Shown here one piece after another: positions 40,516 to 50,957 of a stretch of DNA of 64,000 nucleotides. The stretch spans positions 13,284-77,283 of the forward strand of contig JAEZNO010000025.1 in the NCBI GenBank assembly GCA_023441805.1, read 5' to 3'. Below the pieces are notes generated by a model, which saw only the letters and a list, made by a program, of their open reading frames with translations, was not told where the DNA came from and searched no databases. The translations under genes were made by a program, and so were the position numbers. The DNA is from Bacteroidota bacterium (lineage in GTDB: Bacteria; Bacteroidota; Bacteroidia; Bacteroidales; Lentimicrobiaceae). How positions within the stretch are numbered: position 1 is the stretch's first letter; each line of letters opens with the position of its first letter.

Positions 40516-41658
40516 ATGGCACGAAAAGTAGTGATTATTGGGTCAGCTTATCCGTTGAGGGGAGGAGGTATCACTACATTCAATGAACGTCTCGCAAAAG
40601 AGTACCAGGATGAAGGCTATGATGTTGTTATTTATACCTTTAGTCTGCAATATCCAAACTTTCTATTTCCGGGGACAACTCAATATTCAAAGGAAGCGCC
40701 TCCAGAAGGATTGGATATCAGAATTACAATGAATTCCATTAATCCGATTAGTTGGGTAAAGACTGCTAATAAGGTTATTGCTGAGAAACCTGATCTCATA
40801 ATTATCAGATACTGGCTTCCTTTTATGGCTCCTTGCCTTGGCTCAATTGCCAGGCTGATCAGGATGAGGTATAAGACTAAAATTATAGCAATTACTGATA
40901 ATATTATTCCTCACGAACGCAGGATAGGTGATAAAATACTCTCACGATATTTTACGGGTTCAGTAGATGGTTTTGTAGCAATGTCAAGATCAGTCCTTAA
41001 TGATCTTGATATCTTTGATAAGAAAAAGCCACGTGATTATTATCCACACCCGTTGTATGATAATTTCGGTAATGCAATTCCTAAAGAAGAGGCTCTTAAG
41101 AAACTTGACTTGGATGAGAAATACTCATATATGCTCTTCTTTGGATTTATCAGAGAATACAAAGGTTTAGACTTATTGCTGCATGCATTGGCAAGTGAGA
41201 GGCTCAGCAAAATGGATATTAAATTAATGGTAGCAGGTGAGTTTTATGGGAATGAGGAGAAGTACCTTAAACTAATAGAAAGTTTAAATATAAAGGACAA
41301 AATAGTATTAAAGACTAGTTTTATTCCGAACACAGAAGTATATTTGTATTTTTGTGCGAGTACAATAGTAGTTCAACCTTATAAAGATGCCACACAAAGT
41401 GGTGTAACACAGATAGCCTATCACTTTGGGAAACCAATGATTACAACTAACGTAGGGGGCTTATCAGAGATGGTTCCTGATGGTAAAGTTGGGTATGTGG
41501 TAGAACCTGATGTTAATGCGATTGAGAATGCAATTTATACATTCTTTAAAGAAGGAAGGGAAAATGAATTTTCGTTGAATGTGAAAACCGAACGGGAAAG
41601 GTTTTCATGGAATGGATTAATAAGAACGATTGACAATCTTAAAATTCAACCGAGATGA
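40516..41658 (+). CDS. GT4 glycosyltransferase
   Basis: FFGFIREYKG, PYKDATQSGV, TNVGGL. Confidence 0.88.
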   Translation: MARKVVIIGSAYPLRGGGITTFNERLAKEYQDEGYDVVIYTFSLQYPNFLFPGTTQYSKEAPPEGLDIRITMNSINPISWVKTANKVIAEKPDLIIIRYWLPFMAPCLGSIARLIRMRYKTKIIAITDNIIPHERRIGDKILSRYFTGSVDGFVAMSRSVLNDLDIFDKKKPRDYYPHPLYDNFGNAIPKEEALKKLDLDEKYSYMLFFGFIREYKGLDLLLHALASERLSKMDIKLMVAGEFYGNEEKYLKLIESLNIKDKIVLKTSFIPNTEVYLYFCASTIVVQPYKDATQSGVTQIAYHFGKPMITTNVGGLSEMVPDGKVGYVVEPDVNAIENAIYTFFKEGRENEFSLNVKTERERFSWNGLIRTIDNLKIQPR

Positions 41659-41898
41659 ATCAACTTGCTTTTATCCTGATCCCGATTCTCTTGGTCTTTA
41701 ATTTGTCACATTCAGGCCAAAATTCGAGCATGCGCATTAGAATTTCAATTGAACAGAAATAATTGAAGAAGGGCATTCACGTTTAAGGAATATAAATGAC
41801 GGATTCTGCTGGAATGGAGACAGGAATTTATCTTATTTATGTTATTACAGAAATTGGAGTTTTCACTTAAAAAGCAATAGTACTGGATCATTAAAATA

Positions 41899-42921
41899 AT
41901 GTATATTAGAAGTAAAGCACCACTAAGAATCGGATTAGCAGGTGGAGGCTCGGATGTTTCTCCATATTCGGACCTGTACGGTGGTGCAATCCTTAATGCA
42001 ACCGTTAGCTTATATGCTTATGCTACTATAGTACCCAGGACTGACGGTAAAATAATCTTCCATTCAATTGATAAAGCCGAATTTCATGAATTCGATTCAA
42101 CTGAATCACTTCCAATCAATGGAATCTTAAATCTCCACCGAGGTATATATAATAGGATAGTCAGAGATTTTACTCATAAACCTTTGTCTTTCTCACTTTC
42201 TACAATGGTTGATGCACCTGCAGGATCAGGACTGGGGACTTCTTCCACACTCGTAGTAGCGATTTTAGGTGCCTTCTCAGAATGGCTGAAACTTCCATTA
42301 GGTGAATATGATCTTGCGAAGTTGGCTTATGATATAGAGAGAGTCGATCTGGGAATGGCAGGTGGTAAACAGGATCAGTATGCTGCAACCTTCGGTGGAG
42401 TTAATTTCATGGAATTCTCAGCAAACGACAAAGTTATTGTCAATCCACTCAGAATCAAAGATATTTATCTTAACGAGTTGTCACATAATCTTCTACTGTA
42501 TAATACGCAAACAAGCAGGTTATCATCAAAGATTATTGAAGCTCAGGCAGCTAATGTCATTAGTAAGAATCAAAAATCCATTGAGGCAACTCATCAGCTC
42601 AGGAAGCAGGCTATCATGATGAAGGAGGCATTATTAAAAGGCACTCTTAATAAGGTAGGTGAAATTCTTGATTTTGGATGGAATTTTAAGAAACAAATGG
42701 CTGATGAAATTACAAACCCGAATCTTGATGAAATTTATAGTACTGCAATAGCTAACGGGGCTACCGGAGGTAAGATCAGCGGTGCAGGTGGTGGGGGATT
42801 TATGATTTTTTATTGTCCTGGAGATAAAAGGGCAAAGGTAGTTGAAGCATTAAAACGGTTTGGTGGTGAGCCTCAAAGATACGAATTCACTACCCATGGC
42901 CTGACTACATGGACTTTCTGA
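41899..42921 (+). CDS. hddA: D-glycero-alpha-D-manno-heptose-7-phosphate kinase (GHMP family)
   Basis: APLRIGLAGGGSD, PAGSGLGTSS, GGKQDQY, KISGAGGGG. Confidence 0.9.
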   Translation: MYIRSKAPLRIGLAGGGSDVSPYSDLYGGAILNATVSLYAYATIVPRTDGKIIFHSIDKAEFHEFDSTESLPINGILNLHRGIYNRIVRDFTHKPLSFSLSTMVDAPAGSGLGTSSTLVVAILGAFSEWLKLPLGEYDLAKLAYDIERVDLGMAGGKQDQYAATFGGVNFMEFSANDKVIVNPLRIKDIYLNELSHNLLLYNTQTSRLSSKIIEAQAANVISKNQKSIEATHQLRKQAIMMKEALLKGTLNKVGEILDFGWNFKKQMADEITNPNLDEIYSTAIANGATGGKISGAGGGGFMIFYCPGDKRAKVVEALKRFGGEPQRYEFTTHGLTTWTF

Positions 42922-43029
42922 TTCATTGGCTTCGCATATTTTAGTTGGATATATCTAAAGTCCTGAGTAAATGAATCGTATAGCCACTTCAAGCTTTATT
43001 GCGTATTTTCGCAAATCAAATCATCAATA

Positions 43030-43611
43030 ATGCAAAATAAAATTGTGAGTGTGCTGCAAGCTTCAATTGCAGTAAAGGAGTTGATACTTAAGGATGCTGA
43101 TTTATTGAATTCCATTGAGAAAGCTTCTTATGAGATTACAGAAGCTTTCCTCAGGGGTAATAGGGTTTACTTTTGCGGAAATGGCGGTAGCGCTGCAGAT
43201 GCTCAACATCTTGCTGCCGAGTTTTCAGGACGTTTTTACTATGACCGTCTTCCGCTTGATGCTGAGGCACTCCATGTAAATACTAGTTACCTTACTGCCG
43301 TCGGGAATGATTATTCATTTGATGAAATCTATGCCAGGCTTATCAAAGGTAAAGGTATTAAAGGTGATGTGCTGGTAGCATTGTCAACATCGGGTAATTC
43401 AAACAACATACTCAGGGCTATTGCAGAAGCAAGAATACTGGGCATGACTATTATTGGTTTTACCGGCGAGACTGGTGGAAATATGAAGCATGCATGCGAT
43501 ATCCTTATTAATGTACCATCATCAGATACACCAAGAATTCAGGAATCGCACATCACTATCGGTCACATTATTTGTGAAATAGTTGAAAGTTCAATTTTTC
43601 CACGTCAATAA
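43030..43611 (+). CDS. gmhA: Sedoheptulose-7-phosphate isomerase
   Basis: GNGGSAADAQH, GND, STSGNS, RIQESH. Confidence 0.95.
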   Translation: MQNKIVSVLQASIAVKELILKDADLLNSIEKASYEITEAFLRGNRVYFCGNGGSAADAQHLAAEFSGRFYYDRLPLDAEALHVNTSYLTAVGNDYSFDEIYARLIKGKGIKGDVLVALSTSGNSNNILRAIAEARILGMTIIGFTGETGGNMKHACDILINVPSSDTPRIQESHITIGHIICEIVESSIFPRQ

Positions 43612-44330
43612 TGTTCATGGAATACCCTGATATCATCATTCTGGCAGGTGGATTAGGAACTCGCCTTAAATCTGAAATTCCAGATCTTCCCAAACCAATG
43701 GCTCCTGTTAATGGCCGCCCTTTTCTTGAGTTTTTACTCAACTTTATCCACTCATATGGATTCAGGAGAGTGATCTTGTCTACAGGGTATCTTGGCAATA
43801 AGATAGAAGAGCACTTTAGAAACAGATATCAGGAAATCGAGATTGAATATTCTTCTGAAGATAAACCTCTTGGAACAGGGGGTGCTATCAAGCGAGCTTT
43901 CGGATTGGTAAAGACACATTATTTCATAGTGATGAATGGAGATACTTTCTTCAATATCAATCTGCAGAGATTTTTCCAGGTAAATGTTGAGAATTTAGCA
44001 AAGATGAGTATTGCCTTGAGAGAGGTTCCCGATGCTTCCCGTTATGGTCAGATTAAGATGAATGACTATGGCATCATTACTGAGTATAATGAGAAGTCAC
44101 ATGATGCGCATCCCGGTTTGATTAATGGAGGCACATATATTATTAATACAAAGTACTTTAAGCAATTTGAGTTACCTGAGGTTTTTTCATTTGAGAGGGA
44201 TTGGATTCAAAAGCATGTAGGTAAAGAGGATATCAGAGGACAGTTTTTTAATGATTATTTTCTTGATATTGGGATTCCTGAGGATTACAAAAGAGCACAA
44301 TATGAACTCAAAGCCTTTGAAAATAGATAA
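43611..44330 (+). CDS. hddC: Heptose-1-phosphate guanylyltransferase-like nucleotidyltransferase
   Basis: LAGGLGTRL, PKPM, LGTGG, NGD, FLDIGIPEDY; between gmhA and gmhB. Confidence 0.85.
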   Translation: MFMEYPDIIILAGGLGTRLKSEIPDLPKPMAPVNGRPFLEFLLNFIHSYGFRRVILSTGYLGNKIEEHFRNRYQEIEIEYSSEDKPLGTGGAIKRAFGLVKTHYFIVMNGDTFFNINLQRFFQVNVENLAKMSIALREVPDASRYGQIKMNDYGIITEYNEKSHDAHPGLINGGTYIINTKYFKQFELPEVFSFERDWIQKHVGKEDIRGQFFNDYFLDIGIPEDYKRAQYELKAFENR

Positions 44331-44862
44331 GAGCTGGAGTCTATTCCTCGATCGTGACGGGGTAATTAACAAACGCTTACCTTCAGATTATGTGAAGAGT
44401 GTGAGCCAATTCCAGTTTGAAGATGGCAGTTTAAAGGCTATTGAGATTTTATCAAGGTATTTTGGGAAGATAGTTGTTGTTAGCAACCAGCAGGGAATTG
44501 GTAAAGGTCTCATGAGCATGGAAGACCTTGAACTGATTAATGCACACCTTATTGATCAGGTGAAGGTTAGCGGTGGCAGGATAGATAAAATTTATGTGTC
44601 ACCTTATCTTGAATCAGCACGTCATTTCAGTCGGAAACCCTCAGTGGGAATGGGCATACAGGCACGCAAAGATTTCAGGGAAATTTCATTTCGTCGTTCT
44701 GTAATGGTAGGGGACTCGATGAGTGATATGATATTTGGTAACCGACTTGGGATGAAAACCGTTTTCATAGGCGATAGTTTCACTATTTCAGATAAATATC
44801 AGCTTACTGATTATTGTTATCCAACGTTGTTAGAGTTCGCTGAATCAATTCAGGATAGTTAA
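44302..44862 (+). CDS. gmhB: Heptose-1,7-bisphosphate phosphatase (HAD-IIIA)
   Basis: FLDRDGVIN, SNQQG, RKP, VGDSMSD; start taken at ATG 44302. Confidence 0.88.
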   Translation: MNSKPLKIDKSWSLFLDRDGVINKRLPSDYVKSVSQFQFEDGSLKAIEILSRYFGKIVVVSNQQGIGKGLMSMEDLELINAHLIDQVKVSGGRIDKIYVSPYLESARHFSRKPSVGMGIQARKDFREISFRRSVMVGDSMSDMIFGNRLGMKTVFIGDSFTISDKYQLTDYCYPTLLEFAESIQDS

Positions 44863-44893
44863 AAGAGGAGAAAGCTGATTGCAAGATTGCAAA

Positions 44894-45715
44894 TCATACA
44901 GTCTTCAAATAAGCTTTTCTTAGAATCACCAAATCATTCAATAATTTCTCCAGTAATTGAAGTGGCAGCATATTAGCTGCATCGGATTTTGCATTAGCAA
45001 CATCAGGGTGAGTTTCCAGAAAGATACCATCAGCTCCGGCAGCGATACCTGCTTTTGCAATGGTTGATATCATTGAAGGAAGTCCACCACTTACTCCCGA
45101 GCTTTGATTAGGCTGTTGCAATGAATGTGTGACATCAAGTACTACAGGAACTTCAAGACTTTGCATAACCGGAATTGCCCTCATATCGACAACCAGATCA
45201 TGATAACCGAACATTGTACCCCTGTCGGTAAGAATTACTTTACGGTTGCCTGTTTCATATATCTTTTGTACTGCAAACTGCATTGATTCAGCCGATAGGA
45301 ACTGTCCCTTTTTTATGTTGATCCATTTACCTGTATTTCCGGCAGCTTCAAGTAAATCTGTTTGACGACATAAAAAAGCAGGAATCTGTAGTACATCAAC
45401 ATAAGGGGCTGCCATTGCAGCTTCTGGAGCTGAATGAATATCAGTTACTACAGGGATTTGAAGTTCACGACGCACTTCCTCCAAACACTCCAGAGCTTTT
45501 ATGTCACCAATACCGGTGAACGATGATGCCTTTGATCGATTAGCCTTGCGATATGATGCCTTAAATATAAATGGGATACCTAATTCAACAGCAAGTTTTT
45601 TGATATGTAGGGCAATCTGCATGGGCATTTCTGTATTCTCAACCACACAAGGACCTGCCATCAGGAAGAAATTAGTTGATGGTTTCAGATTTTCAATTTT
45701 GGGAGTTTCAATCAC
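44894..45715 (-). CDS. kdsA: KDO-8-phosphate synthase
   Basis: AGPCVVE, KANRS, QIPAFLCRQT, KKGQF, DVTHS. Confidence 0.95.
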   Translation of the reverse strand: MIETPKIENLKPSTNFFLMAGPCVVENTEMPMQIALHIKKLAVELGIPFIFKASYRKANRSKASSFTGIGDIKALECLEEVRRELQIPVVTDIHSAPEAAMAAPYVDVLQIPAFLCRQTDLLEAAGNTGKWINIKKGQFLSAESMQFAVQKIYETGNRKVILTDRGTMFGYHDLVVDMRAIPVMQSLEVPVVLDVTHSLQQPNQSSGVSGGLPSMISTIAKAGIAAGADGIFLETHPDVANAKSDAANMLPLQLLEKLLNDLVILRKAYLKTV

Positions 45716-45768
45716 TGTAATGTTGTTTTACTGTTGTATATATTGGAAGGTTGTTTCAATGTAGTTAT

Positions 45769-47043
45769 TCAATAATTATACTTATTTTGCCATAAACGAC
45801 GCAACCGTTGTCGTAGTTCATCCTCCCTGGCATTATTTCCCGGATCATAGAGCTTTTTACCTTTTATCCTATCAGGTAAAAATTCCATTTCAACAAAGTT
45901 TCCTTCATAACTATGGGCATACTTATAATCGGCACCATAACCTATGTTCTTCATCAGGTTTGTGGGAGCATTCCTTATGGCAAGGGGTACAGGCAGGTCG
46001 CCGGTTTTATGTACCAACTCAATCGCATCTTCAATAGCCATGTACGATGCATTGCTCTTAGCCGAGCAGGCTAAGTATATGGCTGTTTGCGAAAGCAGAA
46101 TCCTGCACTCAGGATATCCGGTTTTATGTACTGCATCAAAGCAAGCGTTAGCGAGAAGCAGTGCATTTGGGTTTGCATTTCCAATATCTTCTGATGCAAG
46201 AATCAGCATGCGTCTGGCAATAAACAAAGGGTCCTCACCTGATTCAATCATCCTGGCAAGATAATATACAGCTGCATTAGGATCGCTTCCACGCATCGAT
46301 TTGATAAAGGCAGAGATAATGTCATAGTGCATTTCACCTTTCTTATCATACATCGAGAGATTTTGCTGAATCACTTGCAGAGCTGACTTATTATCAACCA
46401 CAACCTTTGAACCTTTATTTTTTGAAGTTGTAGCAATTATCTCCAGTGCATTTATCATCTTACGGGCATCACCACCTGAAATCCGCATAAGTGAATCAGT
46501 TTCGAGGATTTCCATTTTAATGTTATATACTTCCTCTAGTTTCTGCACTGATCTCTTGATGATTATATTTAAATCTTCCTCATCGAGTGATTTAAGGATA
46601 TATACCTGACACCGTGATAAAAGTGGAGAGATTACCTCGAATGACGGATTTTCGGTTGTGGCACCAATTAGAGTAATGATTCCTTTTTCAACTGCACCCA
46701 ACAATGAATCTTGTTGTGATTTGCTAAAGCGGTGAATCTCATCGATAAAGAGGATAGAATTAAAGCCGCTCTCTTTAGCTTTTTCAATGACCTCCCTGAT
46801 GTCCTTAACGCCCGAGTTAATTGCACTAAGTGTATAGAATGGTCGATTTAGAGTTTTAGCAATTAAAGTTGCCAGAGTTGTTTTTCCTACCCCCGGAGGC
46901 CCCCAAAAGATCATTGATGGAAGGTTGCCACTATCGACAGATCGGCGGAGAACTGCATCAGGGCCGATCAGGTGTGATTGACCGACATACTCCTCAAAGC
47001 GTTCGGGTCGCATCAATTCGGCAAGAGGAGGTAGATTGATCAT
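45769..47043 (-). CDS. rarA: Replication-associated recombination protein A (MgsA)
   Basis: PLAELMRP, GPPGVGKT, DEIHRF, GATTENP, SEDIGNA. Confidence 0.95.
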   Translation of the reverse strand: MINLPPLAELMRPERFEEYVGQSHLIGPDAVLRRSVDSGNLPSMIFWGPPGVGKTTLATLIAKTLNRPFYTLSAINSGVKDIREVIEKAKESGFNSILFIDEIHRFSKSQQDSLLGAVEKGIITLIGATTENPSFEVISPLLSRCQVYILKSLDEEDLNIIIKRSVQKLEEVYNIKMEILETDSLMRISGGDARKMINALEIIATTSKNKGSKVVVDNKSALQVIQQNLSMYDKKGEMHYDIISAFIKSMRGSDPNAAVYYLARMIESGEDPLFIARRMLILASEDIGNANPNALLLANACFDAVHKTGYPECRILLSQTAIYLACSAKSNASYMAIEDAIELVHKTGDLPVPLAIRNAPTNLMKNIGYGADYKYAHSYEGNFVEMEFLPDRIKGKKLYDPGNNAREDELRQRLRRLWQNKYNY

Positions 47044-47390
47044 TGTAAAGTATTGTTAATTTTTATGAAAGACACCAGGGACTCAAAACAGATTACTGAT
47101 GGATGACCTGCAAAATAAAGTAAGTATAATCACTATTTACGATATTTGACACCACAATACAAAGATAAAGGTAAATTTAATGCTGTACTTTTGACGAAAT
47201 TGTAAAAATGGGCAAAAACTAAACGATTTTTTAAGCTAATTTTAATGTTGATTACTGAATATTTTGATACATTAATTCTAAGTGACTGATAATGAATAGT
47301 GTACGAGATTAAAAAATAATTAAAAAAATTTGCTTTTACCTTAAAACATTCTTTATCTTTGCATTGTTTTAAAACTAAACACATCAAAAC

Positions 47391-47606
47391 ATGAAAACAT
47401 TAGCTCAGATTTTAGTTATCGCAGGTTTAGCTTCATTCGTAGCATGCGGACCAAGTGCAGAACAGAAAGCAGAACAAGCTCGTTTAGACTCTATCAGAAT
47501 TGCTGATTCAATCGCAATGGTACAGCAAGCTGAACAAGCTCGTTTAGATTCAATCAACGCTGCTATGGCTGATACAACAGCTCCAGCTGAAACTCCTGCT
47601 GAATAA
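47391..47606 (+). CDS. Small lipoprotein, 71 aa
   Basis: Lipobox FVAC; own TATCTTTG promoter box (47354-47361) and terminator; internal repeat AEQARLDSI twice. Confidence 0.85.
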   Translation: MKTLAQILVIAGLASFVACGPSAEQKAEQARLDSIRIADSIAMVQQAEQARLDSINAAMADTTAPAETPAE

Positions 47607-47628
47607 TACTAAACTTAGTTATTATTAT

Positions 47629-47658
47629 AAAAAAGAGGTGATACACCTCTTTTTTTTT
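47629..47658 (+). terminator. Intrinsic terminator
   Basis: AAAAGAGGTG-ATA-CACCTC followed by nine T. Confidence 0.9.
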
Positions 47659-47682
47659 GCCCATACTTAAAGCTATTTAAAA

Positions 47683-47907
47683 ATGAAATTAAATTTGGTT
47701 ATTATAACTGTTTTAATGTGCTGCGGTCTGATGGCATGTAATGATATGTCAAAGCAAGAAGCCAGGCAGAGAAGAGATGACTCGATCAGGATAGCCGACT
47801 CTATTGTCAGAGCATCTGAAGAACAAAGAATAATAGATTCGGTTAATAGAGTTACAAATGAACAAAAGATCATTGCTGATTCAATACTTATGCAGTTTGA
47901 TAATTAA
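47683..47907 (+). CDS. Small lipoprotein, 74 aa, related to the upstream one
   Basis: Lipobox LMAC; shares DSIRIADSI with 47391..47606. Confidence 0.75.
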   Translation: MKLNLVIITVLMCCGLMACNDMSKQEARQRRDDSIRIADSIVRASEEQRIIDSVNRVTNEQKIIADSILMQFDN

Positions 47908-47913
47908 CAGTAT

Positions 47914-49131
47914 ATGAGTGACATACTCCCCGACAATAAAAAAACATCCTTCAGAGACTTTGGATTGGATACCGGTATTATTGAAGGCATAGAAGCCGTT
48001 GGTTTTGAAGTACCTACACCAATTCAGCAACAAATAATTCCTCAAATCCTTTGTGGTAATGATGTGATAGGATGTGCACAAACAGGCACAGGTAAAACTG
48101 CTGCTTATCTCCTCCCAATACTTAATAATATCCTTCATTCACGGGTTGATGGTGTTAACACCATCATCATTGCTCCCACCAGAGAATTGGCTGTTCAGAT
48201 TGCCAGACAAATTGAAGGATTTGGTTATTTCCTCAATATAAGCTCACTCGCCTTGTACGGCGGAACATCAGGTATGGAATGGGAGCAACAAAAGAAGGCT
48301 CTTATGCAAGGAGTGGACATTGTTGTTGCTACACCAGGTAAGCTGATTTCATTTCTTAATATGGATCTTGCACCGGTAAAAAATCTCAAGCACCTGGTGC
48401 TTGATGAAGCCGACAGAATGCTAGATATGGGCTTTGTGGATGATATCATTAAGATTATCAGCTATCTTCCCATAACAAGACATACTTATCTGTTTTCAGC
48501 TACAATGCCTCCAAAGATTCGAGAACTTGGAAGAAAAATTCTGAAGAATGCAGTAGAGATCAATATCGCACTTGCACGTCCTGCCGAAGGAATACTCCAA
48601 ATTGCTTACCTGACTTATGATTCGCAGAAAACACCACTTATTGAGTCGCTCATCAGAGGTCGTGACCTTTCAACTATCCTCATATTTGCTTCAACCAAAA
48701 TTAAAGTTAAGAACATTGCACGTGAGTTGCTTAAGCTGGGTTACCAGGTTGCAGAAATACACTCCGATCTGGAACAAAATGAAAGAGAAAACGTGCTGAC
48801 ACAATTCAGTAACCGGCAACTGCAAATTCTAGTTGCTACCGATGTACTTTCAAGAGGTATCGATATCGAGAACATTGATTTGGTAATCAATTATGATGTG
48901 CCAAAGGAAGCTGAAGATTATGTTCATCGGGTTGGTCGCACAGCCAGAGCAGAAAAGACAGGTGTGGCTATTACATTTATTAATGAAGAGGAACAACAGC
49001 AGTTTCATCAAATTGAGAAGCTGATTGATATGCAAATCAGAAAATTAGCTCCACCGGCTCACTTGGGTGAAGGACCATTATTTATTCCAAAAGTGGAGAA
49101 AAAGAGAAAATTCTTTAAGAAAAGAAGGTAG
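47914..49131 (+). CDS. DEAD-box RNA helicase
   Basis: AQTGTGKT, PTRELA, DEAD, SAT, HRVGRTAR. Confidence 0.95.
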   Translation: MSDILPDNKKTSFRDFGLDTGIIEGIEAVGFEVPTPIQQQIIPQILCGNDVIGCAQTGTGKTAAYLLPILNNILHSRVDGVNTIIIAPTRELAVQIARQIEGFGYFLNISSLALYGGTSGMEWEQQKKALMQGVDIVVATPGKLISFLNMDLAPVKNLKHLVLDEADRMLDMGFVDDIIKIISYLPITRHTYLFSATMPPKIRELGRKILKNAVEINIALARPAEGILQIAYLTYDSQKTPLIESLIRGRDLSTILIFASTKIKVKNIARELLKLGYQVAEIHSDLEQNERENVLTQFSNRQLQILVATDVLSRGIDIENIDLVINYDVPKEAEDYVHRVGRTARAEKTGVAITFINEEEQQQFHQIEKLIDMQIRKLAPPAHLGEGPLFIPKVEKKRKFFKKRR

Positions 49132-49144
49132 TATGTATAGTGGC

Positions 49145-49462
49145 TCAGATCTTCATTGATGGATCGAATTCACTAGAGTATGCATAAATGCCACCCTCCA
49201 GGATGTAAAGGTCTTTGATCTTAAGCTTATCCTTTAAATAGATATATACCAGTTCACTTTTCACACCATAAATGCAATAGATGACAACAGTTTTGTCTTT
49301 TTTGATCTGGTCGAGCATTGAAGGAAGCTCAAGCTGAGGCATTGATACCGCCCCTGGAATGTGGGCAAGTTCGTACTTATCAGATTCCCGGGTATCAATG
49401 ATCTGTATGTCGTCATTATTATCGATTCTCTTCTTGAGATCAGCAGGCGTTATAAACTTCAT
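49145..49462 (-). CDS. Rhodanese-like domain protein
   Basis: IIDTR, HIPGA, YCIYGVKS, LEGG. Confidence 0.85.
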   Translation of the reverse strand: MKFITPADLKKRIDNNDDIQIIDTRESDKYELAHIPGAVSMPQLELPSMLDQIKKDKTVVIYCIYGVKSELVYIYLKDKLKIKDLYILEGGIYAYSSEFDPSMKI

Positions 49463-49497
49463 AATGACCAAAATTAGTTAATTTCCACCATATATCA

Positions 49498-50868
49498 TTA
49501 ATTTCTATCGCTAAGGATTCCCCGTGACATAGATAGAAAAATCCCAATAAAACATAAAATAGTAAATGTCAGGAATGCATAATGGAAACTTGATATCAGG
49601 CCTGATACATCGGTAAGGTGATCGGAATCCTTGCCCAAAGTTAGGGAGAAAATCATCAGTGTGATACCCATACTCAAGGTTTGTCCAACAAGTCGCATAG
49701 TGCCTAAAGTAGCTGACGCCATTCCATATTCAGGTTGTTTCACCGAACTCATAACTGCATTAGTGTTTGGTGATGAGAATAGCCCAAATCCAATTCCCAA
49801 TAATAGTAATACCAGAACAAGAAAAACAATGCCGGTGCTAACTGATAGGAAAACAAAAGCACCAAGTCCGATAGTAGTTAGTGCCATTCCAATGGAGGCG
49901 ACAATTGATGGTTGAATACGGTCGCTCAATTTTCCGGCAAGTGGTGAAATAATTGTCATCATCACAGGTTGGGCCATAAGGATGAGTCCTGCTTCGCTGG
50001 GTGAAATGTGTTTTACCTGCTGAAGGTAAAAACTTAATAGAAAGACCAAAGCAAAGGTTGCTGAATAATTGATAAGCGCAGCAGCATTTGAGAAAATAAA
50101 GACTTTGTTTTTGCTGAATCGGGTAATGTTTAATAAAGGATCCTTGACTTTACTTTCTACAAATGAAAAGAGAAAAAGTCCTGCTATTCCGGGTAGTACT
50201 AAACTTAAACCTAAGAGATCAGGTAATTTAGGGAAACCATATATTATGAGTGCAAGGCTCAGGATATAAACAATACTACCGGAAACATCAAACGGTTTGG
50301 TGTGATCAGGGGCTGAATCGGCAGGTAATCTTCGTGTGGCAATAGGGATGATAATGGCTGCGAGCAAACAATTTGCGTAAAAGATACTTCTCCATCCAAG
50401 ATACATTGTAAGAAAACCACCAACTGTCGGCCCAATGCTAAGTCCCAGATAAACAGCAGCTACATTTATTCCAAGTACTTTTCCACGAACACTCTTATCG
50501 TACGCTGAAGTAAGGATGGCAATAGCTGTTGCATAAATAAGAGCTCCTCCTATGCCATTAATAAACCTTGCGGTGATCATCATCCAGCTATTAACAGAAA
50601 GAGCCGTGATAAGTGAAGCAATGGCAAAGATCCATATCCCAGCAAGGAAGAACTTTCGGCGACCATTACGATCGGCCAGCTTGCCAAAGGGCAAGAGGAA
50701 TAATGAAGCTGCAAGAAGATATGCGGTTGCAATCCAGCCAAGACTGATAGCATTCATCGAAAGATCTTTACCCATAGTGGGTAATGCAATGTTGATTGCC
50801 GATCCCATAAATGGTGTCAGAAATGAGCTAAGTGTAGTAACAAAGAGAATAGATTTATTTTTAAGCAT
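49498..50868 (-). CDS. MFS transporter, DHA2 (14-TMS) family
   Basis: NIALP, GKLADRNGRRK, GPTVGG, WRSIF, SSPNT. Start taken at MLKNK. Confidence 0.88.
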   Translation of the reverse strand: MLKNKSILFVTTLSSFLTPFMGSAINIALPTMGKDLSMNAISLGWIATAYLLAASLFLLPFGKLADRNGRRKFFLAGIWIFAIASLITALSVNSWMMITARFINGIGGALIYATAIAILTSAYDKSVRGKVLGINVAAVYLGLSIGPTVGGFLTMYLGWRSIFYANCLLAAIIIPIATRRLPADSAPDHTKPFDVSGSIVYILSLALIIYGFPKLPDLLGLSLVLPGIAGLFLFSFVESKVKDPLLNITRFSKNKVFIFSNAAALINYSATFALVFLLSFYLQQVKHISPSEAGLILMAQPVMMTIISPLAGKLSDRIQPSIVASIGMALTTIGLGAFVFLSVSTGIVFLVLVLLLLGIGFGLFSSPNTNAVMSSVKQPEYGMASATLGTMRLVGQTLSMGITLMIFSLTLGKDSDHLTDVSGLISSFHYAFLTFTILCFIGIFLSMSRGILSDRN

Positions 50869-50957
50869 CGAATAGAACAGATGTAGTTGATTTGCAATCA
50901 GAAAACGACTGAACAATAATCCGACATTGATGTTTCAGCGCTAAAGAATGAAGGCTC

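Noticed and set aside
47133..47387. 84-aa minus-strand ORF
   Set aside because: AT-rich divergent promoter region with no recognisable protein features.
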